Assembly: GCF_009914755.1 (NCBI RefSeq) | Contig: NC_060925.1 | Origin: the human T2T-CHM13v2.0 reference genome, Homo sapiens | Length of the DNA stretch: 64,000 bases | Direction: 5' to 3' (one strand) | Shown here: in pieces, positions 1-14,215 of the stretch | Layout: every line of letters begins with the position of its first letter | Position numbering within the stretch: the stretch's first letter is position 1 | Program-made: the position numbers and the translations under genes | The notes under the pieces: model-generated | The model's input: the letters and a program-made list of their open reading frames with translations, nothing else | The model's database searches: none | Told to the model about the DNA's origin: nothing

Positions 1-247
1 TCCTTGGAATAGTGAATGGGTCTCATGAGACCTGATGGTTTTAAAAATGGGAGTTTCTCTGCACAAGTCCTCTCTTTGCCTGCTGTCTGTCATCCATGTA
101 AGATGTGACTTGCTCCTCCTTGCCTTCCAACATGATTGTGAGGCCTCCCCAGCCATATGGAACTGTAAGTCCAATAAACCTCTTTCTTTTGTAAATTGCC
201 CAGTCTCAGGTATGTCTTTATCAGCAGCATGAAAATGGACTAATACA
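1..247 (+). mobile_element. THE1-type MaLR LTR (3' part)
   Basis: Contains AATAAA and ends ...CAGCAGCATGAAAATGGACTAATACA. Confidence 0.85.
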
Positions 248-628
248 TTGGGTAATTTATAAAGAAAAAAAGGTTTATTTTGGCTCATGGTTCTGCAGGC
301 TGTACAGGAAGCATGATGCTAGCATCTGCTTCTGGTGAGAGCCTCAGGAAGCTTACAAGCATGGTACAAGGCAAACAAGGAGCTGCATATCACATAGCAA
401 GAGCAGGAGCAAGAGAAAAGAGGACGAGGGGGCCAGCCAGGCTCCTTTAAACAACCTGCTCTCATGTAAACTAATGCAAGAACTCACCCATCACAAAAGG
501 GATGGCACTAAGCCATTCATGAGGGATCCATCCCCATGAGTCAACACCTCCCACTAGATCCCACCTCCAACATTGGGGATCATGTTTCAACATGAGATTT
601 GCAGGGGGCACACAACCAAACCATATCA
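248..628 (-). mobile_element. MST-type MaLR LTR, interrupted by the THE1 LTR
   Basis: GGGTAATTTATAAAGAAAA...GGCTCATGGTTCTGCAGGCTGTACAGGAAGCATG...AACCATATCA. Confidence 0.8.
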
Positions 629-988
629 AGAACTATAGTAACCAAAAGATCATGGCATTAGTATAAAAACAGATACATTGACTAATCGAACAGCATGGAG
701 AACCCCCAAATAAATCCATGTTTGTACAGTCAACTTATTTTGGACAAAGGTATCATTAACACACATTGGGAAAAGGACAGTGTCTTCAATAAATCATGCT
801 GGGAAAGCTGGATATCCACACGCATAAGAATGAAACTAGACCCCTATTTCTAACCATATACAAAAATCAACTCTCAGAGTGAATTAAAGAATTAAAGACC
901 TGAAACTATAAAACTACTAGAAGAAAACAAAAGGAAAATGCTTTAGAATATTGTTGTAGGCAAAGATATTATGGGTGAGACTTCAGAA

Positions 989-1019
989 GTGCACGCGCGC
1001 GCACACACACACACACACA
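989..1019. repeat. (CG)n(CA)n compound microsatellite
   Basis: GTGCACGCGCGCGCACACACACACACACACA. Confidence 0.9.
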
Positions 1020-1379
1020 AACAAAAATAGACATATAGGACTATATCACACTAAAAAGCTCTGTACAGCAAAGAAAGCCATCTATGGCATGAAGAGACAA
1101 CTTGTAGAATGGGAGAAAATATTTGCAAACTATTCATTTGACAAGCGACTATCAATATCCAGAATATACGAACAACTCAACTCAACAGCAAACAAACAAA
1201 TAAAAATCTGATTTTAAAATAGAAAAAGATTTGAATAAACATTTCTCAAAGGAAGACATATAAATGATCAACAAGTATATTTTAAAATGTTCAACATTAC
1301 TAATCATCAGGAAATTAAAACCACAATGAGATATCATCTCCCCCCAGTTAGGATAACTATCATCAAAAAACAAAAATAT

Positions 1380-1690
1380 GCCAGATGTGGTGGTTCATGA
1401 CTGTAATCCCAGCACTTTGGGAGGCGAGGCAGGAGGATTGCTTGAAGCCAGAAGTTCAAAACAAGCATAGGCTAAGTGAGATCCTGTCTCTATGAAAACA
1501 TTTTTTAAAAATTAGCCAGGCATGTTTGCACTTGCCTGCAGTCTCAGCTACTTAGGAGTCCGAGGTGGGAAAATCACTTGAGCCCAGGAGTTCAAAGCTG
1601 CAGTGAGTTATGATGGTGCCACTGCACTCTAGCCTGGGGGAGAGAATGTGACCCTCCTGTCTCTAAATAAACAGATAAATAAATAAAAAT
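1380..1690 (+). mobile_element. AluJ-like
   Basis: Diverged dimeric Alu with an AAAT tail. Confidence 0.85.
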
Positions 1691-2437
1691 TGAAATATTA
1701 TATTTTCCAAGAATCCTACTACTAGATGACTGGGTACATATCCAAAGGAAAGGAAATTAGTATATCAAAGAGATACCTGCACCCCCATGTTTATTGCAGC
1801 ACTATTCACAATAGACAAGATATGGAACCAACCTAAATGACCATCTACAGATGAATTGAATAAGAAAATGCGGTATATATACATAATGGAATACTATCCA
1901 GCCATAAAAAAATGACCTCCTGTCATTCATGGCAACATGGATGAGACTGGAGTACATTATGTTAAGTGAAATAAGCCAGGCACAGAAAGACAAATGCCAC
2001 ATATTGTCACTCATTTGTGGCAATTAAAAAAATGAGCTCATAGAACTAGAGAATAGAAATGTGGTTATTAGATCCTGGGAAGGAAAATGGGGAGAAAGGA
2101 AAGGGGGAGGTTGGTTAACGGCTAACAAGTTATAGCTAAATGGGAGGAATAAGTTTTAGTGTTCTGTAACACTGCAGGGAGAATATGATTAACTATACTT
2201 TAGTGTATGTGTTCAAAATCCTAGAAGACAGGATTTGAATGTTTGAATGTTCACAACACAAAGAAATGATAAATGTTCAAGGTGATAAATATACTAATTA
2301 TCCTGATTTGATCATTACACATTGTAAACGTGTATCAAAATATCACTCTGCAGCCCATGACTATGTACAATTATGTGTCACCTAAAATGGAATAATAATT
2401 ATCTCTTTACTTATGATTATGATAATAGTACAGATTC

Positions 2438-3020
2438 TGTGATGTGCAGGCTCTAAGGTATCTCCCCTATCATTCCTGTATCCTGATTTCATACCTCCAT
2501 GAAATTTCCACTCCGTGAGTGTATGTAGAATCCAGTGACTTGCTTCTAAACAATAAGATATGGCAATGGTGATGGGATGTCACTCTCATAATTACATTAT
2601 TTAAGACTTGATCTTCCAGCAGGCTCACTCTAGAGACTCTCCTAATTCATCTAGAGGCTTGATGAATTAAGCTGCCATGTTGTGAAAGCTCAACATTGCA
2701 AGGAACTGAAGACAGCCTTTAGGAGCTGAGGGCAGCCTCCAGCTAAGAGCTAATAAGAAGCCAAAGCCCTATTTTCCATAACTGCAAGGAGATGAAACTC
2801 TGTCAATAATGAGTGTATTTGGAGGTATTCTTTTTCCAGGCAAGCTTTCAGATGAGAAAGCAGCCTGGCCAACATCTTGAGCGCAGTCTTTGAGACCCTA
2901 AACAGAAAATTCAGCTAAGCCATATCCAGACTCCTGACCAACACAAACTATGAGATCATAAACGTGTTATTTAAGTTGCTGTTTATGGTCACTTGTTATG
3001 TAGCAATAAAAAATTAACAC
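2438..3020 (+). mobile_element. MLT1-type MaLR LTR (old)
   Basis: GTGACTTGCTTCTAA..AATA..ATATGGCA..GGTGATGGGATGTCAC and the terminal TTGTTATGTAGCAATA motif. Confidence 0.7.
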
Positions 3021-3819
3021 AGCATTCCGCAATGGGCTTAAAAAATGTCACGATGTATTTTGGATCTTTTTCTTTATGATTAAATAGTAGCTTGAATTCC
3101 TGTTTTAAGAGAATCTGACCTATAACTCTTTTGTTGTTACATAATAAGTGAAATCCTTGGCCCAACATTTCACTTACCGGTTTATTCACCAACTGTGCCC
3201 ATTAGATTTGTTAGCCCATCTCTTGTTATCATTCAGCAACTATATGCCTCATTCATAAAGTCCCTATTTGATTCTTTTTCATAGCTATCTATTCATGCTC
3301 ATGGCTACAGAGTCACCTACTCTAAGTCTTAAGATACTGCTCACTTATTTAGATGTGCATTTTAAATGTTTGTTGTTTCAGTTTCACAGTGCAGACACTA
3401 TTTAAATATCTTTTTTTTCTTACTTTGAGCATATCTTTTCCACTGAGATTACCAGCATATAAAATTCATGAATGCATATAAAATTCTTAAGTCTTGGTTT
3501 CTTTCTCTCAGACCCTTTATGGACTGCTACTATGTTCTCATAATGAATAGAGCTTTAGAGAATCCTGGGGCCAACCCTATGCTTTTTGCTTTGTAGGTAA
3601 CTTTTGTTTCTGCTGTGCAGGTAATCTATGTCTTCTGGATGGGCAAGACATCAAGTATCTCCAATAGGATCTGTCTTCCCTCTTTCCTTTCCTCTTACCC
3701 TCTCCAGCTCCCTCTCTTTGTCCCTCCCTCTCTCCTCCCCTCCCTCCCCCTCTTCCCCTCTCTGTTTCATTATTTCTTTCAAGTTCAAGTTATTTCACTA
3801 GGATATGTCCCATGGTAAA

Positions 3820-4153
3820 TGTATTAGTCCGTTTTTATGCTGCTGATAAAGACATACCCAAGACTGGGTAATTTATAAAGAAAAAGAGGTTTAATGGACT
3901 CACAGTTCCACGTGCCTGGGGAGGCCTCACAATCATGGTAGCAGGTAAGAAAGAATGAGAGCCAAGTGAAAGGGGAAACCCCTTATAAAACCACCAGATC
4001 TCATGAGACTTACTCACTACCATGAGAACAGTATGGGGGAAACTGCCCTCATAATTCAATCATCTCCCACTGAGTCCCTCCCACAACACATGGGAATTAT
4101 GAGAATTACAATTCAAGATGAGATTTGGCTGGGGTCACTGCCAAACCATATCA
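3820..4153 (-). mobile_element. THE1 solo LTR with 5-bp TSD GTAAA
   Basis: TGTATTAGTCC...AACCATATCA, flanked on both sides by GTAAA. Confidence 0.9.
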
Positions 4154-4210
4154 GTAAATTATTCTGTATTAACTTTTCCTTTGACAAGTTCCCAAGGACA
4201 ATCCCCTTTA

Positions 4211-4931
<721 letters not shown>

Positions 4932-5004
4932 AGTATTTAATTTATGCACACACACACACACACACACACATGCACACAGACACACCCCACTATATATATA
5001 TATA

Positions 5005-5335
5005 CAGTCAGTCCTCCATATCCATGTGTTCCGCGTCTGGGGATTCAACCAACCATGAATCAAAAATATTTGGAAAAAAAACCCCCAATAAAACAATGAC
5101 AAAATAATGCAAATAAAAAACCAGTACAACAATTATTTAGACAGCATTTACATTGTATTAGGTGTTATAAGTAATCTAGAGGTGATTTAAAATATATAAG
5201 AAGATGTGCATAGGTTATGTGTAAATACTGCCATTTTACATAAGGGACTTGAGCATTAGTAGATTTTAGTATCCTCGGGGAGTAGGGAGTAGGGAGAGTC
5301 CTGGAACCAATCTCCCACAGAAACTGAGGAAGACC
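5005..5335. mobile_element. MER2-like DNA transposon (TcMar-Tigger)
   Basis: CAGTCAGTCCTCCATATCCATG...GGATTCAACCAACC...CCTGGAACCAATC. Confidence 0.75.
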
Positions 5336-8300
5336 ATACACATATATGAATAGATCATGTAATTACATATGTAAATTAATTTATGCACATAATATACAGT
5401 ATACATGTATATGTAAAGTCTCTCATTATTTTTTCCTATTTTATCTTTTTCTTATTATTTATATTTGATGTCATTCGTCTATTTTATAAAATGATTATCT
5501 CCCTAATCTCATTTTCCTTTTATTGTTTCTTGTTTTATTTTATGGTATTTTATCAAGCATACTCTTTTTATCAATGATCATATTTTCAAAAACAATTTGG
5601 ATACTTTCTGATGCTTCTTCCCTGACTTTCTTTTTGGTAATGTTTTATTTTTATCTTCCATTTTTTTCTGTAATCTCTGCCAGCTCAATACTCATTGTCT
5701 TTAACTTCTTATTTTTAGCTCATATTTGCAGTACCATATGCAAATTCTTTGGAACATCTAGAAAAAAAAATTTTAAGTTTTTGTTCCTTTGAGAGGGGAT
5801 AATGTTATTCTATCCTTTACTTTCATTCCTTTCTTCAGAGTAATTATACATATTCCCTGTGCTGTTTATAGCTTATCTTTGAACAGGAAATATATTTTGT
5901 GAAAGCAAAGTGTGTGAAGTGGGGTCAATCTGAGAAAGATAAAAGCTTAAATGTAGGTACTATTTCAGAACACTTTTTCACAAGATCTTCATTGTTCCTC
6001 TGCTCTCGGAACATATCTCTCAGTTTTCATTTATTTCCTGTGCAATAAGTAAAAAATTAGTAATATTGTTCATACTGAAACTATGTATGCCAAAGTTTTC
6101 CTATGGAGAAATTTTCTGATTTTTGGTCAACAACTGCAAAATTGTTTGTGTTTCCCTTCTTACCTTTACTTTGCCTTAACACTAGACAGTTTCTCTATGT
6201 AGAATGCTAGGACAAAGAAAACAGCAGAACAGTTCCCCCTTTGAGCCTTACTCTCCTTATAGCCTTTATCTGGAAACTGGGCTTTGTAGAGATACTCCCA
6301 GGCCTTCACCTATTCCCCCACCCCTGCTACTCATGCTCCTTCATACACTCACATTCCTGGCTCTCACTGGTTCATTAAAGAATCACCATGAGCTTTTAGG
6401 ACCATGCCATTCATTTCCTAAGTAAATTTATACACTGGCAGATGTCTAAAATAATGGTTATCCAATCTCAGCCTGTGGAATGGACTTGTTTGGCCCATGC
6501 CATTGGATTGTATGTTACAACTGGTGGCTAAAAGCATGAAGTTTCTGAGATAAACTTATTAGTCCTTTTGGGCCAAAGGTCCACCTGCCAAATTTCTTCT
6601 ATATGCTTTCTGGATGGGTAAGACATTATGTTTCTCTTTAATATGACTCCTCCAATACTACCTAAATTAACAGAATATTCATTCAACCTATTTATATCTT
6701 TGGGTAATTCTACTCGTGGTGTCATATTTGGGCAGCCACTTTGCATGAACTTTATTACATTTCACCACAGCTTTCTCATTAATTTGTCCTAATGTTCCAG
6801 CATTGAGTGGATTGCCTTTATATTTTAAGGTTTCCTTACAGACTTTTCTTCAGTTATGCTACAATTTAGTTGTAATTTGCACTGCATTCCCTGAAGGAAG
6901 ACCTTTAGTCTGTCATTGTAACTTGGAAGTCCCAAAACTGATTTTTAATATTTCTAATAATCTCGATAGTTGAGCATATTGTAAAACATACAGCCAGAAA
7001 ACGTATTAATTTTTTTTCTAGAAATTAGATAAATTTAAAAGCACACAACAGTTTTTATAAGGCCTTTCTTGACCCTGGTACTTTTCACTTTTTTTTTTTT
7101 CAGGTAATGGATACTGTAGAACCTACAAATTTAGATCCAAAAAAGTACTGAACATAAAGCTCTGAAGTTACATTCAATAATTCTCTATTGTATTTAAACA
7201 AAAAGATATAATAATCTGCCAATGGACTTCAGGTAGTTGGGAGAGAGTAGAGAGGGAAGAGTTTAAGACAAAGTTTTGACAATGTGGTATACTGGAAAGA
7301 GCTCTGGATTGGGAGTCACTGTCAGTCATCTGTTGTTCCACTGTGCAACGTGTTGTGCAGCACATGGTTCTGCAAGATTACCAAACATGCCCCTATGATC
7401 AAATCCAACTATGATTTTCAAAATCTTTTTGGACCTCTCCGAAGCATTTGATGTTAACTACTCACTTCTTGAAATTCAATTCTCTCCTTCAGCATAAATA
7501 CAAATGCTCTATTGATTCTTTTTTTCCTCTCTGATCATTTCTCAATAAGTATGTGTTTGTGTATGTTTTACAGGCTTTTAGCAGGGCCAATAGTCTTCAT
7601 TATTATAACCTTTTAGTGATCTCATTCACTCTCATCATTTCAACTAAGTTGCTGACTCCCATATATATCACCCTAGTCTTACTCTATCAGGAACTTTAGC
7701 CTCACATGTCCTTCTGCACATATCAACTTGGATGACACACAGGTATCTCAAACTCACTGTGTTCAAATGGAATTTATTGTTTTATTACAAATGCAATCTA
7801 TTTTGCTCCAATACTTAGGCAACACCATCTGTACTCAATTAGAAACCTAAAAGTAATAATAGACTCCTCTGACAATTCTCATCTTTCTCGAATCTTCCCC
7901 TTCTTGGTATATGTTGGTATATTCCAGTATGACCACTGTTCTAGATCATGGCCTCATCACCTCTTTCCTGGGCTACCCTAGTTACTTCCTAAGCAGTCAC
8001 CTTTTCTCCATATTGCAACCAGAATATCAAATAAATTCACATTTATATTCTCAGTTTTGAAATCCTTTGAATGTCATATATTACTTTTCTACAGAATAAA
8101 ACCCAAGTGCCTGTCAATGTTGCCCTGTAAGACTTAGTTCCTACCTAGCAAAGCTCTTGCCACTTCCTGCCTCCACCCTTTTCTGCTTGTTTGTTCATAT
8201 ATACACAATACCCCTACACCTTTGCTCCTGCAGTTATCTTTCTCTGAAATGCCCTTCCTACCTTTCTTGGTGTGTCCAACTCATGTGCCACCTCCTCCAG

Positions 8301-8711
8301 AAAGGATTTTCAGAAATAGCAAATCAGATACTTTGTATACTCTATCATTGTACTATAATACCATACTAAGTTTTCAAATCTAGAGAACGCATGAAATGAA
8401 TGGCTGTCTAATGAGACAGTAAGATCAAAGGTAGGATTCACCTTTTTAAATATCTTTGTTCCCTGAATTTCTAAGAACCTGTCACATAGTAAGTGCTCAA
8501 TATATTTCTGTTCCATTAAACTGAATTGTGATATTGACTATGACCCAAACTAATCTGACTTTGAAAAAGTCAATCTTTCTGAATCTTATATTTTATAGTT
8601 TAAAATGCTATGTTTGGGTTAATTTATCTTTTAGGTCCCTTCCTGATATAAAATTCTGATTATATAATTTCATTATCTTCTAGCTCAGTGCAACTATACG
8701 CCATCTCATAT

Positions 8712-9332
8712 TGATACAGGAGCTAGAAATTATTTAGGCAGATAGTGAGGGTAAGAGAGCCCTCGGTAAGGCTTCCATTTTATAAAAAGCAGCCCCCAAA
8801 TAATTTCTTTTCTAACAAAAAGCAGCCTGAAAAATCAAGCTGCAAGCATAGGTAAGCAAGCTAAAAGCCTGCATAGGTAAATGCTGGCAGCTATGCCAAT
8901 AGAAAAGGGATACTTGGAAGCCAGGAATATTCAACATGGAGGTTCCCTCTTCCATTTTCTTTGTTGCCACATGTACAGTAAAAAAGCAGGCAACATGAGA
9001 CCCCTATCTTTATAATAAAAGATTAGGGTGGGATAGCCAGCTTCTTTGTACGCTATGCAAACAGCACACCTGGACTGACCAATCTCTCATGCCCTGTGTA
9101 AATCAGACACCACCTCCTCAGGCTCCTCTATAAAACCCCACGCATTTCACCACAAAGCAGAAGACACACCTGGGAGCACTTCTCTCACTGCAGGAGAGAG
9201 AGCTTTTCCCTTTTCTTTCGCCTATTAAACCTCTGCTCTTAAAGTCACTCCTTGTTTGTGTCCACGTCCTCGATTTCCTTGGTGTGAGGCAACAAACCTT
9301 GGGTATTACCCCACACAAATGACGCCTCTTCA
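8712..9332 (+). mobile_element. ERV1 solo LTR (MER61/LTR28-like) with 4-bp TSD ATAT
   Basis: TG...CA termini with ATAT on both flanks; internal CCAAT, TATAAAA and ATTAAA. Confidence 0.8.
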
Positions 9333-10176
9333 ATATTTAATCTTACAAACAATATCTGACCATTGTTGCTTTCTGTATAATTCTTGCCAAAACTATTGCA
9401 TAACATTTCTTCATTGTTTACTAAGCCATCTCAGTGTGTTTATAGAGAAGTTTCTTTAGAGTAATCTAATTATGCCTTTATTTGTTGCCAGCAGGGGTTT
9501 ATTTATTCTCTTATAATAAACCCCACATTAATATCACATTTTCTCTCTCATGGCAACCAGCCCATATTTAGGGATCTTGTCCAGAAGACACGTGCAGCTC
9601 ATACCAAAAAAAAAAAAAAAATGAATATTTCAAAGATCTCACACTTTAGGGCTTCCATAGTTAGAAGAAAAAAGATCAGATTTCAAATATCAGAAAACGT
9701 GCTTCTCTTGATTCCTCTTTCATATCTTCACTAAATAGAGGATACATTTGATATTATATGAGATCAACCAGTCTAAAGTATTTTATTTATAACACAATCC
9801 TAAACTTGGTGGTTATAATAAGAAATATTATTTGAAGTAAATTCTTTGGATTTAGCATGAGAGAGAAAAAGGCCAACATTATTTGTAAATGCCAACTACA
9901 GGAGTTTAATAATTTAAAATAACAGAACAGTTTAGTCAAACTGTTCTCCTACTACATAGACTTTACTGGTTTAATTAACTGAGTCAAAAGATTTTGTTTA
10001 TATCATGTGAATCCCCAGTACTGCAGATAGTTTCATCATTTCAGGGCATCCATTCTAAGAAAGATACATAAGCCCACTTATTAAAAAAAAAAAAGGTTCT
10101 CTGTAGAATCATAAAAACTCTCTGCTACTTCATGTCAAATCTCTAATGAAGCTTCCTTATTTTATTTAATGTGTTG

Positions 10177-10900
10177 TGAAGTTTTGCGTTTGCAAAAATT
10201 GTAACAGTGAGAAAATTATGGCGGCGGGCAGGGGGGTATCTATCTAGCCAACCCCATCATGCCTTTACCCTTCAAGCTGCCCTTAAGTATTCCTGGGTTT
10301 ATGGCAAGCTAACTTTGGGAGCCATTTAGTTTATAGTTTAAGTGGTAATAGTACTTACCCCAAACTCAACCACCTTTGTGAAGTTAATGACAGACTACCA
10401 GGCTAGGAAGGGAGAGGAGCCAGAATTCTGCTAATGTGTAGATATAAATGACAGCCGGCCATGATTCTAGAGGTCACAAGATATGCAACTTCCCCAATTA
10501 CTTCAGCAGGTAACATCACTATTATAGAATCTAAGATTGGCCTTTTGAGATAGCATTTCAGTTTTTTTGCATGTCTGACAACCGATAGTTCCATCTGGAT
10601 GCACCAACCACTCCTGTGGCCCCACCCAGAAGTGGCTCAGTGAAAGAGGCCAGCTTAGACTCCCTATGATTTCATCTCTGACCCAACCAATCAGCACTCC
10701 CCATAGCCTAGCCACTTGCTCACCAAGCTGTCTTTGAAAAACTCTCCAAGTCTTTGAGGAGATTGATTTGAGTAATAACTCCATTTCCTGAGCGGTGTGG
10801 CCAGACTTGTGTTAATTAAATTTTTCTTCACTGCAATGACATGATCTCTGTGGCAATTGATTCTGTTTGTGCAGTGGGCAGGAAGAACTCGTTGGGATAA
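10177..10900 (+). mobile_element. LTR8-family ERV1 LTR
   Basis: TTTGCAAAAATTGTAACAGTGAGAAAATTATG start; end region GCAGTGGGCAGGAAGAAC. Boundaries approximate. Confidence 0.7.
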
Positions 10901-10949
10901 AAGGCATAGATGTGCCAATATAATTACTTTTCAAGCCCAAATAGAAATG

Positions 10950-12153
10950 ATTTTTTTTTTAATTTTCAACTTTTAAGTTCAGGGGTACATATGAAGGATG
11001 TGCAGCCTTGTTACATAGGTAAACATGTGCCATGATGGTTTGCTGCACAGATCATCCCATCACCCAGGTATTAAGCCGAGCATCCATTAGCTACTCTACC
11101 TTATCTTCTCTCTCTTCTACCCCCCACCCTCTGACAGGCCCCAGTGTGTACTGTTCTCCAACATATATCCATGCGTTCTCATCATTTAGCTCCCACTTGT
11201 AAGTGAGAACATGTGGTATTTGGTTTTCTGTTCTTGCGTTAGTTTACTAAGAATAATGGCCTCCAACTCCATCCATGTCCCTGCAAAAGACATGATCTCA
11301 TTCCTTTTCATGGCTGCATAGTATTCCGTGGTGTATATGTACCACATTTTCTTTATCCAGTCTATCATTGATGGGCATTTAGGTTGATTCCATGTTTTTG
11401 CTATTGTGAATAGTGATGCAATGAACACACACATGCATGCATCTTTATAATAGAATGATTTATATTCCTTTGGGTATATACCAGTAATGGGATTGCTGGG
11501 TCAAATGGTATTTATGCCTCTAGGTCTTTAAGAAGTCACCACACTGTTTTCTACCATGGTTGAACTAATTTACACTCCCAAGAACAATGTAAAAGCATTT
11601 GTTTTTCTCCACAACCTCACCAGCATCTGTTGTTTTTTGGCTTTTTAGTAATAGCCATCCTGACTGGTGTGAGATGGTATCTCAATGTGCTTTTGATTGG
11701 CATTTCTCTAATGATCAGTGGTATTGAGCTTTTCTTCATGTGTTTGTCGGCTGCATGTATGTCTTCTTTTGAGATGTTTTTGTTCATGTCCTTTGCTCAC
11801 TTTTTAATGGGGTTTTTTTGGTTTTCTGGTAAATTTGTTTAAGTTCCTTATGGATGCTGGATATTAGACCTTTGTCGAATGGATAGATTGCAAAAATTTT
11901 CTCCTATTCTGTAGGTTGTCTGTTTACTCTGTTGATAGTTTCCTTTGCTGTGCAGAAGCTCTTTAATTAGATCCCATTTGTCAATTTTTGCTTTGTTGTA
12001 ATTGCTTTTGGTGTCTTCATCAAGAAATCTTTGCCACTGTCTATGCCTGAATGGTATTGCCTGGGTTGTCTTCTATGGTTTTTATAGTTTGGAGTTTTAC
12101 ATTTAAGTCTTTAATCCATCTCAGGTTGAGTTTTGTATGTGGTGTAAGCAAGG
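10950..12153 (-). mobile_element. L1PA (older primate) 3' end
   Basis: Poly-T followed by L1 3' UTR; ORF2 C-terminal peptide FTIAKTWNQPKCPSMIDWIKKMWYIYT in the ORF track. Confidence 0.92.
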
Positions 12154-14197
12154 TGTATTTGTTCATTTTCACATTGCTATAAAGAACTACCTAAGACTGG
12201 GTATTTATAAATAAAAGAGGCTTAATTGACTCACAGTTCCACATGACTGGGAAGTCCTCAGGAAACTTACAATCATTCCAGAAGATGAAGGAGAAGCAAG
12301 GCACATCTGACATGGTGGCAGGAGAAAGAGCGAGGGGAGGAAGTGCCACACTTTTAAACTATCAGATCTTGTGAGAACTCACTATCATGATAACAGCAAA
12401 GGGGAAACTGTCCCCATGATCCAGTAACCTCCCACCAGGTCCCTTCCTTGACACTTAGGGGTTAAAATTTGAATTACAATTTGAGATGAGATTTGGGTGG
12501 GGACACAGAGACAAACCATATCATTCTGCCCCTGGCCCCTCCCAAATCTCATGTCCTTTTCACATTTCAAAACACAATTATGCCTTCCCAACAGCCTGCC
12601 AAAGTCTTAACTCATTCCAGCATTAACCCAAAAGTCTAAGTCCAAAGTCTCATCAGAGATAAGGGAAGTCCCTTCCAACTACGAGCCTGTAAAATCAAAA
12701 ACAAATTAGCTACTTCCAAGATACAATGGAGGTACAGACATTGGGTAAATGTTTCTGTTCTAAATAGGTAAAACTGGCCAAAACAAAGGGGCCACAGGCA
12801 CTTTGTTTATAAGTCTGAAACCTGGCAGGGCACTCATTAAAGCTTAAAGCTCCAAAATAATCTCCTTTGGCTCCATGTCTCACATCCAGGGCACAGTGAT
12901 ACAAGGAGTGGCCTCCCAAGGTCTTGGGCAGCTCTGCCTCTGTGGCTCTGCAGAGTATAGCCCCCACAGCTGCTTTCCATGGGCTGGCATTGAGTGCCTG
13001 TGGCTTTTTCAGGTGTACAGGGCAAGATGTCAGTGGATCTACCATTCTGGGGGCTGGAGGATGGTGGCCTTCTTTTCACAGCTCCACTAGGCAGTGCCCC
13101 AGTGGGGACTCTGTGTGGGGACTCCAACCCCCCATTTCCTTTCTGCATTGCCCTAGTAGAGGTTCTCCATGAGGGCTGCCCCTGCAGCAGACTTCTGTCA
13201 GGATATCCAGGTGTTTCCATACATCCTTTGAAATCTAGGCAGAGGCTCCCAAAGCTCAGCTCTTGTCTTCTGTGTACCCACAGGCCCAACACCACATGGG
13301 AGCTGCCAAAGTCTGGGGCTTACGCCGTTACGCCATCTGAAACATGGCCCAAGCTGTACCTTGGACCATTTTAGTCATGACTGGAGCTGGAGCAGCCGGG
13401 ATGCAGGGCACCAAGTCCTGAGACTGCACAGAACAGCAGGCCTCTGGGCCTGGCCCACGAAACCATTTTTCTCTCTTAGACTTCTGGGTCTGTGATGGGA
13501 GGGGCTTCCATGAAGATCTCTGACATGCCCCGGAGACATTTTCCCATTTGTCTTGGCTATTAACATTTGGCTCCTGATTACTTATGCAAATTTCTGTAAT
13601 AGGCTTGAATTTCTCCCCAGAAAATGGGGTTTTCTTTTCTATTGCATGGTCAGGCTGCAAATTTTCCAAACCTTTATGCTCTCTCTTTCCTTTTTAAACA
13701 TAGGTTCTAATTTCAAACCATCTCTTTGTGAGCACATGTAACTGCACACTTTCAGAAAAAAACGGGTCACCTCTTGAATGCTTTGCTGCTTAGAAATTTC
13801 TTCCTCCAGATACCCTAAATCATCTCTTTCAAGTTCAAAGTTCCACAGATCTCTAGGGCAGGGGCAAAACACTGCCAGACTCTTTGCTAAAGCATAGCAA
13901 GAGTCACCTTTGCTCCAGCTCCCAATAAGTTCCTAATCTTTATCTGAGACCACCTCAGCCTGGACTTTACTGTCCACATCACTATTAGCATTTTGGTCAA
14001 AGTGATTCAACAAGTCTTTAGGAAGTTCCAAACTTTGCCACATTGTCCTATTTTCTTCTGAGCCCTCCAAACTCCTCCAATCTCTGCATTTTACCTAGTT
14101 CCAAAGTCACTTCCACATTCTCAGGTATCTTTATAGGAGCACCCCAGTCTACCAGTACCAATTAACTGTATTAGTCTGTTCTCACACTGCTAATAAA
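12154..14197 (-). mobile_element. MST/THE1-type MaLR provirus: 3' LTR 12154-12523, internal 12524-14166, ~30-bp remnant of the 5' LTR
   Basis: LTR termini, polypurine tract (minus strand GGGGCCAGGGGCAGAA) and MaLR internal sequence. The second LTR begins TGTATTAGTC at 14167 and breaks off almost immediately. Confidence 0.85.
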
Positions 14198-14215
14198 ATA
14201 AATCTTTATTAGCAG

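Larger units (their letters stand above)
629..2390 (+). mobile_element. L1 (L1MA-like) ORF2 3' end and 3' UTR, degenerate
   Basis: ORF2-like peptide fragments (EWEKIFANY..DKRL.SRIY) and typical L1 3' UTR motifs; interrupted by an Alu. Confidence 0.85.

Noticed and set aside
3672-3765. Pyrimidine-rich CCCT-type tract (possible triplex)
   Set aside because: Ordinary degenerate low-complexity repeat with no further support.
8840-8870. p53 response element in the MER61-like LTR
   Set aside because: Only one approximate half-site (AAGCAAGCTA) is visible, with no convincing paired decamer.
12710-13872. Cluster of overlapping 100-150 aa ORFs
   Set aside because: They fall in GC-richer MaLR internal sequence, are open on both strands, and are fragmented by stops and frameshifts. 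Not a gene.
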